64,000 bases of DNA from Escherichia coli (lineage in GTDB: Bacteria; Pseudomonadota; Gammaproteobacteria; Enterobacterales; Enterobacteriaceae): assembly GCF_051903065.1 (NCBI RefSeq), contig NZ_CP178438.1; one strand, 5' to 3'. Shown piece after piece: positions 37,921-49,141 of this stretch. The translations under genes were made by a program, and so were the position numbers. Position 1 is the stretch's first letter, and the number at the start of each line of letters is the position of its first letter. The notes below the pieces were generated by a model that worked only from the letters and a program-made list of their open reading frames with translations, had not been told where the DNA came from and did not search any database.

Positions 37921-37939
37921 CTGTCATCACTCTGTCATC
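37921..37939 (+). promoter_or_regulatory. Pho box (PhoB binding site) upstream of phoH
   Basis: CTGTCATCACTCTGTCATC: two direct CTGTCAT repeats with the 11-bp periodicity of a Pho box. Confidence 0.7.
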
Positions 37940-38087
37940 TTTCCAGTAGAAACTAATGTCACTAAAATGGTGTTTTATAGTTAAATATAAGTGAATATAT
38001 TGTTGCAATGAATGCGAGATCTGTTGTACTTATTAAGTAGCAGCGGAAGTTCCCGGCAGTGATAGTCAGTCACTATGGAGATCGCGG

Positions 38088-39152
38088 ATGGTAACGTCCT
38101 GTACTGGACATGTTTTAGATAATCAACGCGCCACCACTCGCGGAGTTTTCTCCTCCGGTAGTCATCTCGTCACTTTGCATTTTCAACCTCATCCTTTCTT
38201 TTCATGTGTTACCGACGCCGTAAACGGTGCGCGTAGCCGTTTTTCGGCATTTTATCCAAAAGCAAACTATGGCTTACAAGGAAGCCAACCCTCTGATGTT
38301 CGTGCGCATAATCGCGCTGCCAACGGCGCGTGTGATGAATACAAACAACTCAAGGTGCTCTCCATGGGAAGACAAAAAGCAGTGATCAAAGCTCGTCGCG
38401 AGGCAAAACGTGTGCTGAGACGGGATTCGCGCAGCCATAAGCAGCGTGAAGAAGAATCGGTCACCTCGCTTGTGCAGATGAGCGGCGTAGAAGCCATTGG
38501 TATGGCCCGCGACAGTCGCGATACCTCGCCCATCCTCGCGCGAAATGAAGCGCAATTGCACTATCTAAAGGCTATTGAGAGTAAGCAGCTGATATTCGCT
38601 ACGGGCGAAGCCGGGTGCGGAAAAACCTGGATCAGTGCAGCAAAAGCGGCAGAGGCCCTGATACATAAGGATGTCGACAGGATTATCGTCACCCGTCCAG
38701 TTCTGCAAGCCGATGAAGATCTTGGTTTCTTACCTGGAGATATCGCAGAAAAGTTTGCTCCCTATTTTCGCCCGGTATACGACGTGCTGGTCCGGCGCTT
38801 AGGGGCTTCCTTTATGCAGTACTGCCTGCGACCGGAAATAGGGAAGGTGGAAATTGCGCCGTTCGCCTATATGCGTGGACGTACCTTTGAAAATGCAGTT
38901 GTCATTCTTGACGAGGCGCAGAATGTGACTGCCGCGCAAATGAAAATGTTTTTAACCCGCCTCGGGGAGAACGTGACGGTTATCGTTAACGGTGATATCA
39001 CGCAATGCGATTTACCTCGCGGCGTGCGCTCCGGATTAAGTGACGCACTGGAACGTTTCGAAGAAGATGAAATGGTCGGGATCGTCCGATTCGGTAAAGA
39101 GGATTGCGTACGTTCGGCACTTTGCCAACGTACGCTGCATGCATACAGTTAA
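38088..39152 (+). CDS. phoH: PhoH (phosphate-starvation-inducible ATPase); a shorter product from an internal start is possible
   Basis: 354-aa track ORF with Walker A GEAGCGKT and PhoH-like core; internal in-frame MGRQKAVIK near 38365. Confidence 0.88.
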   Translation: MVTSCTGHVLDNQRATTRGVFSSGSHLVTLHFQPHPFFSCVTDAVNGARSRFSAFYPKANYGLQGSQPSDVRAHNRAANGACDEYKQLKVLSMGRQKAVIKARREAKRVLRRDSRSHKQREEESVTSLVQMSGVEAIGMARDSRDTSPILARNEAQLHYLKAIESKQLIFATGEAGCGKTWISAAKAAEALIHKDVDRIIVTRPVLQADEDLGFLPGDIAEKFAPYFRPVYDVLVRRLGASFMQYCLRPEIGKVEIAPFAYMRGRTFENAVVILDEAQNVTAAQMKMFLTRLGENVTVIVNGDITQCDLPRGVRSGLSDALERFEEDEMVGIVRFGKEDCVRSALCQRTLHAYS

Positions 39153-39201
39153 GTGTATTATCGGTGCAGAGCCCGGGCGAACCGGGCTTTGTTTTCGGTG
39201 T

Positions 39202-39615
39202 TTATGCCCGGACTAGCGCTTTTTCTGAAACCACCATTTTTATTTGCCCCTGGCTGGTGAAGTGTACGCTCATCCTGTGGCTTTTTTGTAGTTGCTGATA
39301 GAGCTCATCAGGTATTGCTAAGCTCTCTGCATATTCTTGCGGCGTATATTGGTAGGCTGCATGATGCTGCTGTTTTTGAAAACGCAGCTTATTGTACAGC
39401 GCCCAGACAATTAACACGACGGCATTCGCCACTGCCAGCAAAAAATAGAACTGAAGTCGGCTTCTGGCCTCGCTTTGCCAGTAATAACCCGTCAGCAGAT
39501 CCATGGCGAATAAGAATATGAACAAAGCAAATAATGTCCACAAGATGGTTGTGGCAACATAATCAACCAGTAAACGTACTGGCGATTGTCGGGTCGTAAT
39601 AATTAAATTGTTCAT
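39202..39615 (-). CDS. pgaD: PgaD (PGA synthesis accessory membrane protein)
   Basis: 137-aa ORF with two TM helices, downstream of pgaC. Confidence 0.88.
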
Positions 39616-39616
39616 A

Positions 39617-40942
39617 TTAACCTCTCAGAATCCCGCGATCGGGACTTACCCAACGGGCGCGTTGCTTTTTAGGCATCAACATGACTCGTGTAAATGATAC
39701 CAATGTCGTTGCCAGGCTCAGCATCCAGAAAATAACCGGGAACCAAATAATCCAGAAAAGCGATGAAGTCAGATTATGCTCATAGCGATTCTCAATCATC
39801 AGGCTGACAATAAATTGCAGTAAACATAACGTACACAATAATATTCCGGCAGTATGTGTCGCAGCGATATGTGTCAATTCAATATTTAACGGTACACCGG
39901 CAAGTTGGACTGCGTAAATAATGAAACCGACCAGGCAGGTGAAGGCCCATATTGTCGTCAGGCAGTATTCAAAAAACAGTGGCCACATTCGAAAGTTTTC
40001 TTTGCGCCACAACCTTGTCATATTTTTGAGGAATACTTCTGCACCGCCCTGAGCCCAGCGCAGGCGCTGTTTCCACAGCCCTTTTAACGTTTCAGGCATT
40101 AATATCCAGCACAGCGCCCGAGGCTCGTAAAAAATCGTCCACTGATTCAACTGCAGCTTCCAGCTAATATCAATATCTTCGGTGATCATATCGTCACTCC
40201 AGTAACCCACTTCTGCCAGGGCGCTGCGACGAAATGCGGCAATAACACCGGAAACGGTAAATACGTTTCCATAGATACGCTGGGTTCGCTTGATCAAACC
40301 AATAATTGAGGAATACTCGCCAACCTGAATTTTACCCACCAGGGTAGAGCGTGTGCGAATACGAGGATTACCGGTTACGGCACCCACACGCGGGTTGTAC
40401 AACATCGGTTCCACAATATATGCCGCCGCATCGCGGTCTAATAACGCGTCGCCATCAATGCACACCAGATATTCACTTTTCGCCGCGGCAGCTCCGGTTT
40501 TAAGCGCAATGGCTTTCCCCTGGTTTTGCGCCAGATGAATGACCCGCAAATGGGGAATTTGTGCAGCCATGCGATCCAGGATGGCACGGGTTTTATCTGT
40601 TGAACCGTCATTTACGGCAATAACTTCAATGTTCTCATAACGCTGTGCTAAAGCGGCGTGTATGGTTTCCTCAACGTTTTTCTCCTCATTAAAACAGGGA
40701 ATGATAATGGAGATAGACGGGTTATCTTTCAACTGGGGGGCTGGTGCGTTTTCTCCCCACGGCCAGTGGCGTTCACGATAGACCCAGAAATAGACGCCGC
40801 CAACAATCCACATAATGGACATAAAAAACGGCCAGAAGAAAACGAACCTCATCATCAGTTCACCAGAGTGAAAGTACGCTACGCATAGGGGGATGCATAA
40901 CACCAGACATAATATAAAAAACGATACGATGCGATTAATCAT
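39617..40942 (-). CDS. pgaC: Poly-beta-1,6-N-acetylglucosamine synthase PgaC (GT2 glycosyltransferase)
   Basis: 441-aa ORF with GT2 motifs (DGSTD, DGD, QRLRW). Confidence 0.93.
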
Positions 40943-42953
40943 TTTTCGGATACCAGGCTGTTGAAAACTCAGGACGAATAACGTCTATTTCAGGTTGGTT
41001 ATGCAGAAAATTGTCGGGATAATAACCATAGTTTTTCACTCCATTCAGTTGTAATAGGCTCATCCAGTGAGCGAGTTGTTGCGAAGAAATAGCCTGATGC
41101 TGACCATTTTTCTGCCAGTTTTGTGCCTGTAATTCTAAAATAGATTTGTCTTTAGCCTGAGGGATGCTTTTAATCTGATTGATCAGTTGTATTAACCATT
41201 GATCAGCCGATTTTTCTGCGACACCTTCCATATAAGGCATAGCCATAATAGCAGTCCAGTCATAGCTTTTTAGGAAATCAGCATAATTCTGTGCAAACCA
41301 GGCTTCACTTTCAGGTTGTGTTACCGGAAGTGCAAAAATATTTCGTGCAGTTTTAACATGTGGACCACGAATGGCTTTTACGCGCGCACTAAGTTCTAAA
41401 GTGAAGTCAGTTAACGCACGACTTTTAAAGCGGGTCCACTGTTTAAATTGCTCCGGGTTTTGTCGAATTTCGCTCAGACTCCCGCTAAAGCCTGCTTGCT
41501 GATAAGCCGCGATAGCCGGTGCACTGGCATCTTCATAATCTGAAAGCAAAGCATCATCGTGGAACAATAGGCCATCAAAAGCAGCATGTCCGGCAAGATC
41601 TTCATATAACATGCCAACTTGTGCTCTGACCCTGTCATCAAAAGGAGAGAGACGGCGATATTGTTCAGGATGAATTTGTGCTTTTTTCTCTCCTGTTGGT
41701 AAGTATTTTACTCGCGTTAATGTGGGATCTAAATCCCAGCTTAATACCGGCATCCACGCATAGATGTTTACACCTGAGCGGGTACGTAATTGCCAGGCAA
41801 CCCGACTAAAAATATCTGCTTTCATTGGTAGCAAACGATTTGGAAACCAGACCTCTTTGACCAGCCCATCACCATCGGGATCAGCAAATGCCTGCAAATA
41901 CACGGTTGATATTTGCATATCTTTCACCCGCTGAATTAGCACATCAATATTGCGATCCATTTGCTGGCGGTTTTCGTCATAAACGTAATCAAGATCGATA
42001 TGCATTATCCGTTGTGGTGATTTTTCCTGTACGGTAATAATTTTCTGGGCAAACTCTTTTAATGAGGGATTATTGGCGATTAATACTCGCGGAATGGAAT
42101 CCAATTGCGACGCATTTGCCAAACCTGATTCAAGGGTGAAGAACATGTCATAACCGAGTTTTTTTAATTCCTCTATCGCTATGCCATTCGCTTCGCCATA
42201 AGGCCAAACAAAAACGTGTGGATTTACCTTAGCCTTTGTACGCAGGTATTCCGTCATTTTTACAGCATCCAGACGAATTCTTTCCCGGTATTCTGCTGCG
42301 GTTTCATACCGTGCGTGGTCAGTAAAATATGCACGATTTACATATACAGGCAATAAGCTGCCGGTGGCATTAGCCTGAATACCGTAGTGAGAATTCCATG
42401 TATGAGAAGCGACCTCAATGAGCGGGGAACGCGCAACTTCTCGCACTTGTTGCCACGTGGCAAAATATTCTCGATCGATCATCTCATCGCCAAATTTTAC
42501 TTGTTCATCCGCTGGCGTATCGACCCAACTGCCGACGGGGGCCCATACAGCAGGCCACTGGAAGGCCTGAAGAATTGGGAAGACGCGGGTATAAAAACTC
42601 TGGTAGCCGTCATCAAAAGTCAGCACTACTGCTTTTTCCGGTAGCGGTTTTCCTCCTCGATGTGCTTCACGAATTTGAGCAATACTGACCGGTTGATAAC
42701 CGTTCTCGCGCAGCCAGGCAAATTGTTCACGCAGTGCTGATGTCCGCACTGACATAAAACGCTGGTCGGCAGCTTCGTCTTCAACGTTATGCCATGAAAT
42801 CGCCACAAAACCATTATGCGGCCACGGTTGCTCGGCGAGTAAAGACTCGCGATCCTGTGGCGGTATAAATGATGTTTTTGACTGGCTAATGCACGCAGTG
42901 AGCATAATTATACTCACCAGCATCAGGAGATATTTATTTCCATTACGTAGCAT
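40935..42953 (-). CDS. pgaB: PGA N-deacetylase lipoprotein PgaB
   Basis: 672-aa ORF with lipoprotein signal (LTAC) and polysaccharide-deacetylase domain. Confidence 0.93.
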
Positions 42954-42961
42954 ATTTATCC

Positions 42962-45385
42962 TTAAAATCTGAATGTCATATCGAATTCAACGTATAAGTT
43001 GTGTTCTCTGTCACCGTCATAAGGTCGTTTTTCCCAGCGTAGCGTTGCGCCAGCATCAATCACGTCATTCCAGCTAATGCGTTGCCCGTAGCCGAGTTGG
43101 GTGACGACATCCGTGCCATAATGTTTTTGCCAGGAGGCACCAACACCTGCGCTGAAGATTTGCTCCCAGCTATTTTCATAGCTTCGCCATAACAAATGAC
43201 TTGCCTCAAATGCCGGAACAATATCGAACCTTTTTATAGGGTTGTAGTATGGGGTATCGTGTTCTGTATTTTGTTCGTAATACAGACTGGGTAGGAAATC
43301 GACAATCAAATATGGTGAAGACCAGATGCGTTCCTGACCCTCAATTGAGACTTCATGACGCTGGTTACTGTCGGAAAAATCAGTGAAAGCCCAGGAGACA
43401 CCGTACCTACGCCGCTCATTTTGATACCAGCGAACATAAGCCTGAGCACTGTTGCCTGTAACACCATTTTTCATTGCCCGTAATGGAACGCGGTGAGAGA
43501 GGCGTTCCAGTTGCGAACCAATACGCCAGTTATCATTAAAATCATACCAGCCAGAAAGGCGCGCGCCGGGTTTATGCTCATGATTGAAAAAGCGTTCAGC
43601 GTACTCCGCCTCGAGCCAGATATTACGTGACCGCCACTCAACACCCGCAAGCCAGTCGCGAACAATCCCTTTTCCTTCGCTAAATTGTCCATCGGCATAA
43701 CCGAATCCAGCAAAACCGCGCCAGTTATCATTCAGCGGTGGTGAATAAACGATGGTGGTTAAGTCGACATCATGTTTACCACTATCCGGGCCTTCGGCAT
43801 CAATTCCTGTTGAGCCAGCGATACGAAGCTCTGCAAGATTATGTACATCAACCGCACGTTTTAAACGTACAACGCCGGGATCTTGCGGTTCACGTTCGAC
43901 AACATCGTGCGTTAAGACCGCTGCCTGCTGCCATTCTTGTAACGTTAATGCTGTCCAGGCTTGTTCAACCTCCAGATTAATATTACGTGGCTCGATCACT
44001 TCTGCTTTTTTTAATTCATTTTCTGCCGCACGAGGCCAACCGCGGGCTTGTAACACACTCGCGTAATCAATGCGCAGTCCCTGATTTCCTGGTGCGTTAT
44101 AAGCAAGCTCTCTGGCTGTCATTTCAGCCTGAGGAAGATCATTACTATATTTTGCTACGGTTGAGAGAAACGAATGCCCCTGTAACCAGGTATCATTCGG
44201 GATGCTCGTAGGCGTGCCCAATAACCGAAGGAAAGGCGGCGAAGTATTAATGGTATGTTGGGTGACAGTTAGCGCGCCCGGATAATTCTCACTCTCCAGA
44301 TGGCTGTAAAAGAGATCCGCAAGTTCTTCATCGGATAAATCCGGGGCAATGGTCTCCTTGTGATAAAAGAGCTCTGTCATTATTGACTGTGCTTTTTTTG
44401 GCTGATGTTCTTTGAGATAAGCCGACGCAACCCAATATTGCGCCCAGGGCGGAATAATTTGTCCCGTCTTTTTTAAACGCTGATAGTGAGAAATAACGTC
44501 TTTATAACGATCGCGAGTTAATAACGCGCCAAGATGATCAATCTGAATACGCTGGTACTGGGCAGTGCGGTCTGGGTTATCGTGCCACAGAATTTCTAAT
44601 GCAGCGTATTGGGCGAGGGCGCGATCGGCAATGGCATAACGTTCACTTTCACTGCGCGTAGGCATAAACGACAGTCTGACCAGTTCGGCATGAATATCAG
44701 CGCGAATATCTGGCGTTAAATTGGCATCGTCAATCGCGGCAGCAAGTTGATTATTACGTAATGCCTGCACGTATTCTGTGGGATATTGTTGCGTAGATGC
44801 ATTTTCAGGTAATGACTCTGTCATCGCCCGTAATTCATCCTGATGACGCCCTGCCTGTTTATAGATATAGGCTTCTGCGAGTAAATTGGCTTTGTCCGGT
44901 GCTCCAGAGTTAAGCTGCTTAAGTTTAACCAGCGCAGTATCATAGTGACCCGCATCTGCCAGGGTTAAAATTTGTCCCCGTTGATAATCCTTATTTTGCG
45001 GCTCCAGAGAGAGCGCCTTTTGCCACAGTGTAAGCGAGTTTTGCCATTGTTGCAGGTTACGATAAGCGACGGCGACAGCTGCATAACCACGCGCTGGTAA
45101 TTGCTGATAACGGTAGCGGTTGTAAACGGTAATAACCTGTTTATCTTGCCCGGCCCATAAGGCAATCTGTAACCAGTCAGCAATTTGGTTATTACTGAGT
45201 GCTGATTTTTGTGCAAACCATAACAAAGCTGGCTGAGTATTTCCCTTGCGAGCTTCAATAATCAATGCATCATAGGCGTTATTAACGGCACTCTTCGCCG
45301 CGGGACTCGCTGCTAAAAATGCGGCAGTAAGAATTTTCAAAGCCCATTTGGTTTGCGGGCACCTTTTTCTGCTACTTGAATACAT
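42962..45385 (-). CDS. pgaA: PGA export outer-membrane porin PgaA (TPR plus beta-barrel)
   Basis: 807-aa ORF with signal peptide, TPR-like N-terminal half and beta-barrel C-terminus ending in F. Confidence 0.93.
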   Translation of the reverse strand: MYSSSRKRCPQTKWALKILTAAFLAASPAAKSAVNNAYDALIIEARKGNTQPALLWFAQKSALSNNQIADWLQIALWAGQDKQVITVYNRYRYQQLPARGYAAVAVAYRNLQQWQNSLTLWQKALSLEPQNKDYQRGQILTLADAGHYDTALVKLKQLNSGAPDKANLLAEAYIYKQAGRHQDELRAMTESLPENASTQQYPTEYVQALRNNQLAAAIDDANLTPDIRADIHAELVRLSFMPTRSESERYAIADRALAQYAALEILWHDNPDRTAQYQRIQIDHLGALLTRDRYKDVISHYQRLKKTGQIIPPWAQYWVASAYLKEHQPKKAQSIMTELFYHKETIAPDLSDEELADLFYSHLESENYPGALTVTQHTINTSPPFLRLLGTPTSIPNDTWLQGHSFLSTVAKYSNDLPQAEMTARELAYNAPGNQGLRIDYASVLQARGWPRAAENELKKAEVIEPRNINLEVEQAWTALTLQEWQQAAVLTHDVVEREPQDPGVVRLKRAVDVHNLAELRIAGSTGIDAEGPDSGKHDVDLTTIVYSPPLNDNWRGFAGFGYADGQFSEGKGIVRDWLAGVEWRSRNIWLEAEYAERFFNHEHKPGARLSGWYDFNDNWRIGSQLERLSHRVPLRAMKNGVTGNSAQAYVRWYQNERRRYGVSWAFTDFSDSNQRHEVSIEGQERIWSSPYLIVDFLPSLYYEQNTEHDTPYYNPIKRFDIVPAFEASHLLWRSYENSWEQIFSAGVGASWQKHYGTDVVTQLGYGQRISWNDVIDAGATLRWEKRPYDGDREHNLYVEFDMTFRF

Positions 45386-45620
45386 CCTGTATTACTCCAT
45401 GTATTGCCAAAATCTCTCTCTGTATCTAATGACAGGTAACTGAAAAGAAAGATATTTTTTGCACCTCATAATCCGTTATTAAACGCGGAAGAGAGACGTG
45501 AATTGTTGATGATGAGAAGAAGAAATGATGAGCAGAGTGTCCATATAAAATCCTTTTCTCGCCCGAAAATCCATTCCAATGATGAGGATCTTCAGGAATA
45601 CGGCATAAATCCCAATGCCT
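45386..45620 (-). promoter_or_regulatory. pgaA long 5' leader with several GGA motifs (CsrA target region)
   Basis: Leader as read on the minus strand contains repeated GGA motifs (TGGAATGGAT, AAGGATT, ACGGATT, CAGGATG overlapping the Shine-Dalgarno and start codon). Confidence 0.6.
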
Positions 45621-45973
45621 TTTTCAAAATAAGTTAGGAGTAAAATAATTAAATCAGTAAATTCCGATGCATGATTTCGGATTTTTCGAAAGTCCTGATG
45701 AAATGCAGCGTTACTGTACTCACCGATTCAATTGTTATTCCTAATATATCTATGAATGAATGTTTTATAAGGATTTCCTTATAACCATTTATAAATATTT
45801 GCAAGCCTGTCTTGTCGCAAAGAATGTATAAAGCACTAAGGTAATAATAATTGCGGTCTGCAACTATCATCATCGGTATTGTTTGTGAGTGGGTTTTCAT
45901 ATTGACAACTGTACAGTTCTTATATCTATTAATAATAGAAAGGGATCTACAACCTACAGGTTGGTGTAGCTTT

Positions 45974-47332
45974 ATGGAAAAAGACTATTTGAGAATTAGT
46001 AGTACTGTCTTAGTGAGCTTATTGTTTGGGCTTGCTTTGGTTTTGGTGAATAGTTGGTTTAATCAGCCAGGCGTTGAGGAAGTTGTTCCACGATCAACCT
46101 ATCTGATGGTAATGATTGCTTTATTTTTTATCGATACTGTTGCATTTATTTTTATGCAGTTGTATTTCATTTATGACCGTAGGCAATTTTCAAACTGTAT
46201 ACTTAGTTTGGCTTTTCTGAGTTGTTTGATTTACTTTGTTAAAACCGTCATTATCATTCAGCAAATGATTGAGGGGCGTTTGACAAGCAGTGTTGTTCAA
46301 AATGACATTGCAATTTATTATTTGTTTCGTCAGATGAGTTTGTGCATATTAATATTTCTGGCATTGGTGAATAAAGTTAGTGAAAACACAAAACAGCGCA
46401 ATTTATTTTCCAAAAAAATGACTTTGTGCATAAGTTTGTTTTTTGTTCTTGGGGGGCCGATAGTTGCTCACATACTTTCTAGCCATTATGAGAGCTACGA
46501 TTTACACATTGCCGAGTTAACCAATGAAAATGGTCAAGTGGTTTGGAAAACTTCATATGTTACCATAATGATTTTCATGTGGTTAACCTTGCTTTCGGTT
46601 AATCTATACTTTAATGGTTTACGCTATGATATCTGGAACGGAGTGACGGTGATTGCTTTTTGTGCCGTACTGTACAATGTCTCTCTTTTATTTATGAGCA
46701 GGTATAGCGTGTCCATTTGGTATATTAGTCGCACTATTGAAGTAGTCAGTAAGTTAACCGTTATGGTAATATTTATGTGCCATATATTCAGTGCGCTACG
46801 AGTAACAAAGGACATTGCACATCGCGATCCCTTAACCAATATATTTAACAGAAATTATTTTTTTAATGAACTGACGGTTCAATCAGCATCGGCCAAAAAA
46901 ACGCCTTATTGCGTCATGCTTATGGATATCGACCACTTCAAAAAAGTCAACGACACCTGGGGGCATCCGATTGGCGATCAGGTGATAAAAACAGTGGTGA
47001 ATATCATTGGGAAAAGCATACGGCCAGATGACCTTTTTGCGCGCGTCGGCGGCGAAGAGTTTGGCGTCTTGCTGACGGACATCGATACTGAACGTGCGAA
47101 AGCTTTAGCGGAAAGGATTCGGGAAAATGTTGAGCGTTTAACTGGTGATAATCCTGAATACGCCATACCACAAAAAGTGACGATTAGTATTGGCGCTGTT
47201 GTGACTCAGGGAAATGCGTTAAACCCGAATGAGATCTATCGACTGGCTGATAACGCACTATACGAGGCGAAAGAGACCGGGCGTAATAAGGTGGTTGTGA
47301 GGGATGTGGTGAATTTTTGTGAGTCACCATAA
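45974..47332 (+). CDS. dgcT: Membrane-anchored diguanylate cyclase DgcT (YcdT), GGDEF domain
   Basis: ATG 45974 (MEKDYLRISSTVLVSLLFGLALVLV...), multi-TM N-terminus, then GGDEF domain with RVGGEEFGVLL. Confidence 0.9.
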   Translation: MEKDYLRISSTVLVSLLFGLALVLVNSWFNQPGVEEVVPRSTYLMVMIALFFIDTVAFIFMQLYFIYDRRQFSNCILSLAFLSCLIYFVKTVIIIQQMIEGRLTSSVVQNDIAIYYLFRQMSLCILIFLALVNKVSENTKQRNLFSKKMTLCISLFFVLGGPIVAHILSSHYESYDLHIAELTNENGQVVWKTSYVTIMIFMWLTLLSVNLYFNGLRYDIWNGVTVIAFCAVLYNVSLLFMSRYSVSIWYISRTIEVVSKLTVMVIFMCHIFSALRVTKDIAHRDPLTNIFNRNYFFNELTVQSASAKKTPYCVMLMDIDHFKKVNDTWGHPIGDQVIKTVVNIIGKSIRPDDLFARVGGEEFGVLLTDIDTERAKALAERIRENVERLTGDNPEYAIPQKVTISIGAVVTQGNALNPNEIYRLADNALYEAKETGRNKVVVRDVVNFCESP

Positions 47333-47429
47333 AGCGGCATTTTAGCGGGTGATTTTGGTAAGCGCTAAATAGCTATTCGCAGACATGCGTAACAATTTTC
47401 AGAAATATCATAGTACTATATGATCTTAA

Positions 47430-49040
47430 ATGCTTATCATTGATCAGTCTGCTATCACCCGCTTTTACTGGCAATTGTACTATAATTTCTTAGGTTGTAT
47501 CACCCTGATGCGTGGGGAAACATGTATGGTATTCAACAAAAAAATGTTTGTACTCATTATAATACCAGGCATTCTGGGGGTGTTACTGTCGTTTGCTATG
47601 TCAGTATTTCAAATGAATCGAGATACGACAATTACCGCCGGTATTCTGTTAAAACAGCTTGATAATGTTACGCAAATTGTCCAGCATACGACAAAGCTTA
47701 CCTCTATTCTGGTGATGAAGCCCTGCAAAGACATTCTTGAACAGTTGATTGCTAACGGAGCATTGACTCCCTATGTTCGAACAACGGGTCTTATAGAAAA
47801 TAATTTCCAAATATGTTCTTCAGTTAGCGGTTTCAAAAAAATGAATGTTAACGATGTTTACGGTACGAGCTTTCACAATAAAAATAAAGAATCACGCATA
47901 GTATCCATTAGCGGTACAAGTTTTGTACCAGGTAAAACAGCCATAGTATTCCTTATGCCAATAGGGAATGATATGACAGCTTTTAGTATTGTAGAGTCAC
48001 GATATATCTATGATCTAATGGATGTTCTTGATGATGAGAATGATGATTCATTTTCTCTTAGCTTTACTGAAGGGCCTGCAATTATTAGTGGTGTAAATAA
48101 TAATGACAAGTTATATATGTTAAAAAAAGATTTTAATTCTGCGATCAGTCAGGCTAGTCTTACAGTTACTACGCCGATGATTTCATTATATCCCTATGTC
48201 ATTAGTAATGTGTTTTACATTCTTCCATTATCTATTCTTCTTTCTTTTATCCTGTACTTCTTATGGCAGCGCTGGATATCTCGAAAAATGTCCCTGGCAG
48301 AAGAAATTAAAAAAGGAATGTCATCTGGAGAATTTTCAGTGCATTATCAACCAGTATGTGACACGACAACAAAAGAGTGTCTGGGGGTTGAAGCGTTAAT
48401 GCGTTGGCAACGCGAAGATGGTAAAAATATATCTCCGGTAGTTTTTATCCGCGCTGCAGAAGAGGAAAATTTAATTATACCGTTAACTAAGCATCTCTTT
48501 GAACTGATTATTCAGGATGTACAAAGCTGGAAAGTGAAAAAGCCGTTTCACCTTGGGATAAATATTGCCGCGGAGCATCTTGCACATCCTGATTTTGTTG
48601 CTGATGTTTTACATATTAAAAATGCAATATCTGATAAATTTAACATTGTTCTTGAGATTACCGAACGCAATCTGGTTGAAGATACTGATCTTGCATTACA
48701 GAAAATAAATGAATTAAGGATCCATGGCTGTGAATTTGCAGTTGATGATTTTGGCACGGGATATTGTTCCCTTGGCCTTCTGCAAAAGTTGTCTGTTGAT
48801 TATCTTAAAATAGATAAAAGCTTTATAGACACACTCACTACAGCGGAAGACGAAACGCCAGTTTTAGATATTATTATTAAGCTGAGTAATCGACTCAATT
48901 TGATAACGATTGCAGAAGGTGTCAGTACTCCTCACCAGGCGGAATATCTTATTCATAATAACGTGACATTAGTTCAGGGATACTTATATGCAAAACCAAT
49001 GAAAGCGACAGAATTTTATCAGTGGTATGTAAACAGATAA
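47430..49040 (+). CDS. pdeT: CSS-motif c-di-GMP phosphodiesterase (EAL domain), PdeT/VmpA-like; start codon uncertain
   Basis: Two TM segments flanking a periplasmic domain, then an EAL domain (EALMRW, DDFGTGYCSL, KIDKSFI); intact reading frame. Confidence 0.78.
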   Translation: MLIIDQSAITRFYWQLYYNFLGCITLMRGETCMVFNKKMFVLIIIPGILGVLLSFAMSVFQMNRDTTITAGILLKQLDNVTQIVQHTTKLTSILVMKPCKDILEQLIANGALTPYVRTTGLIENNFQICSSVSGFKKMNVNDVYGTSFHNKNKESRIVSISGTSFVPGKTAIVFLMPIGNDMTAFSIVESRYIYDLMDVLDDENDDSFSLSFTEGPAIISGVNNNDKLYMLKKDFNSAISQASLTVTTPMISLYPYVISNVFYILPLSILLSFILYFLWQRWISRKMSLAEEIKKGMSSGEFSVHYQPVCDTTTKECLGVEALMRWQREDGKNISPVVFIRAAEEENLIIPLTKHLFELIIQDVQSWKVKKPFHLGINIAAEHLAHPDFVADVLHIKNAISDKFNIVLEITERNLVEDTDLALQKINELRIHGCEFAVDDFGTGYCSLGLLQKLSVDYLKIDKSFIDTLTTAEDETPVLDIIIKLSNRLNLITIAEGVSTPHQAEYLIHNNVTLVQGYLYAKPMKATEFYQWYVNR

Positions 49041-49141
49041 ATAATTAACCAATATTGGAATGTTTTTTTATTGCCTTAAAATATAAACAAAGCCATCAGA
49101 AGGTTATTATCTGATGACAAGCGCAATGATCAACACTACTG

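Noticed and set aside
45649-45900. 83-aa minus-strand ORF between pgaA and dgcT
   Set aside because: Lies in the AT-rich pgaA leader and promoter region with no ribosome-binding site or domain signature; probably non-coding.
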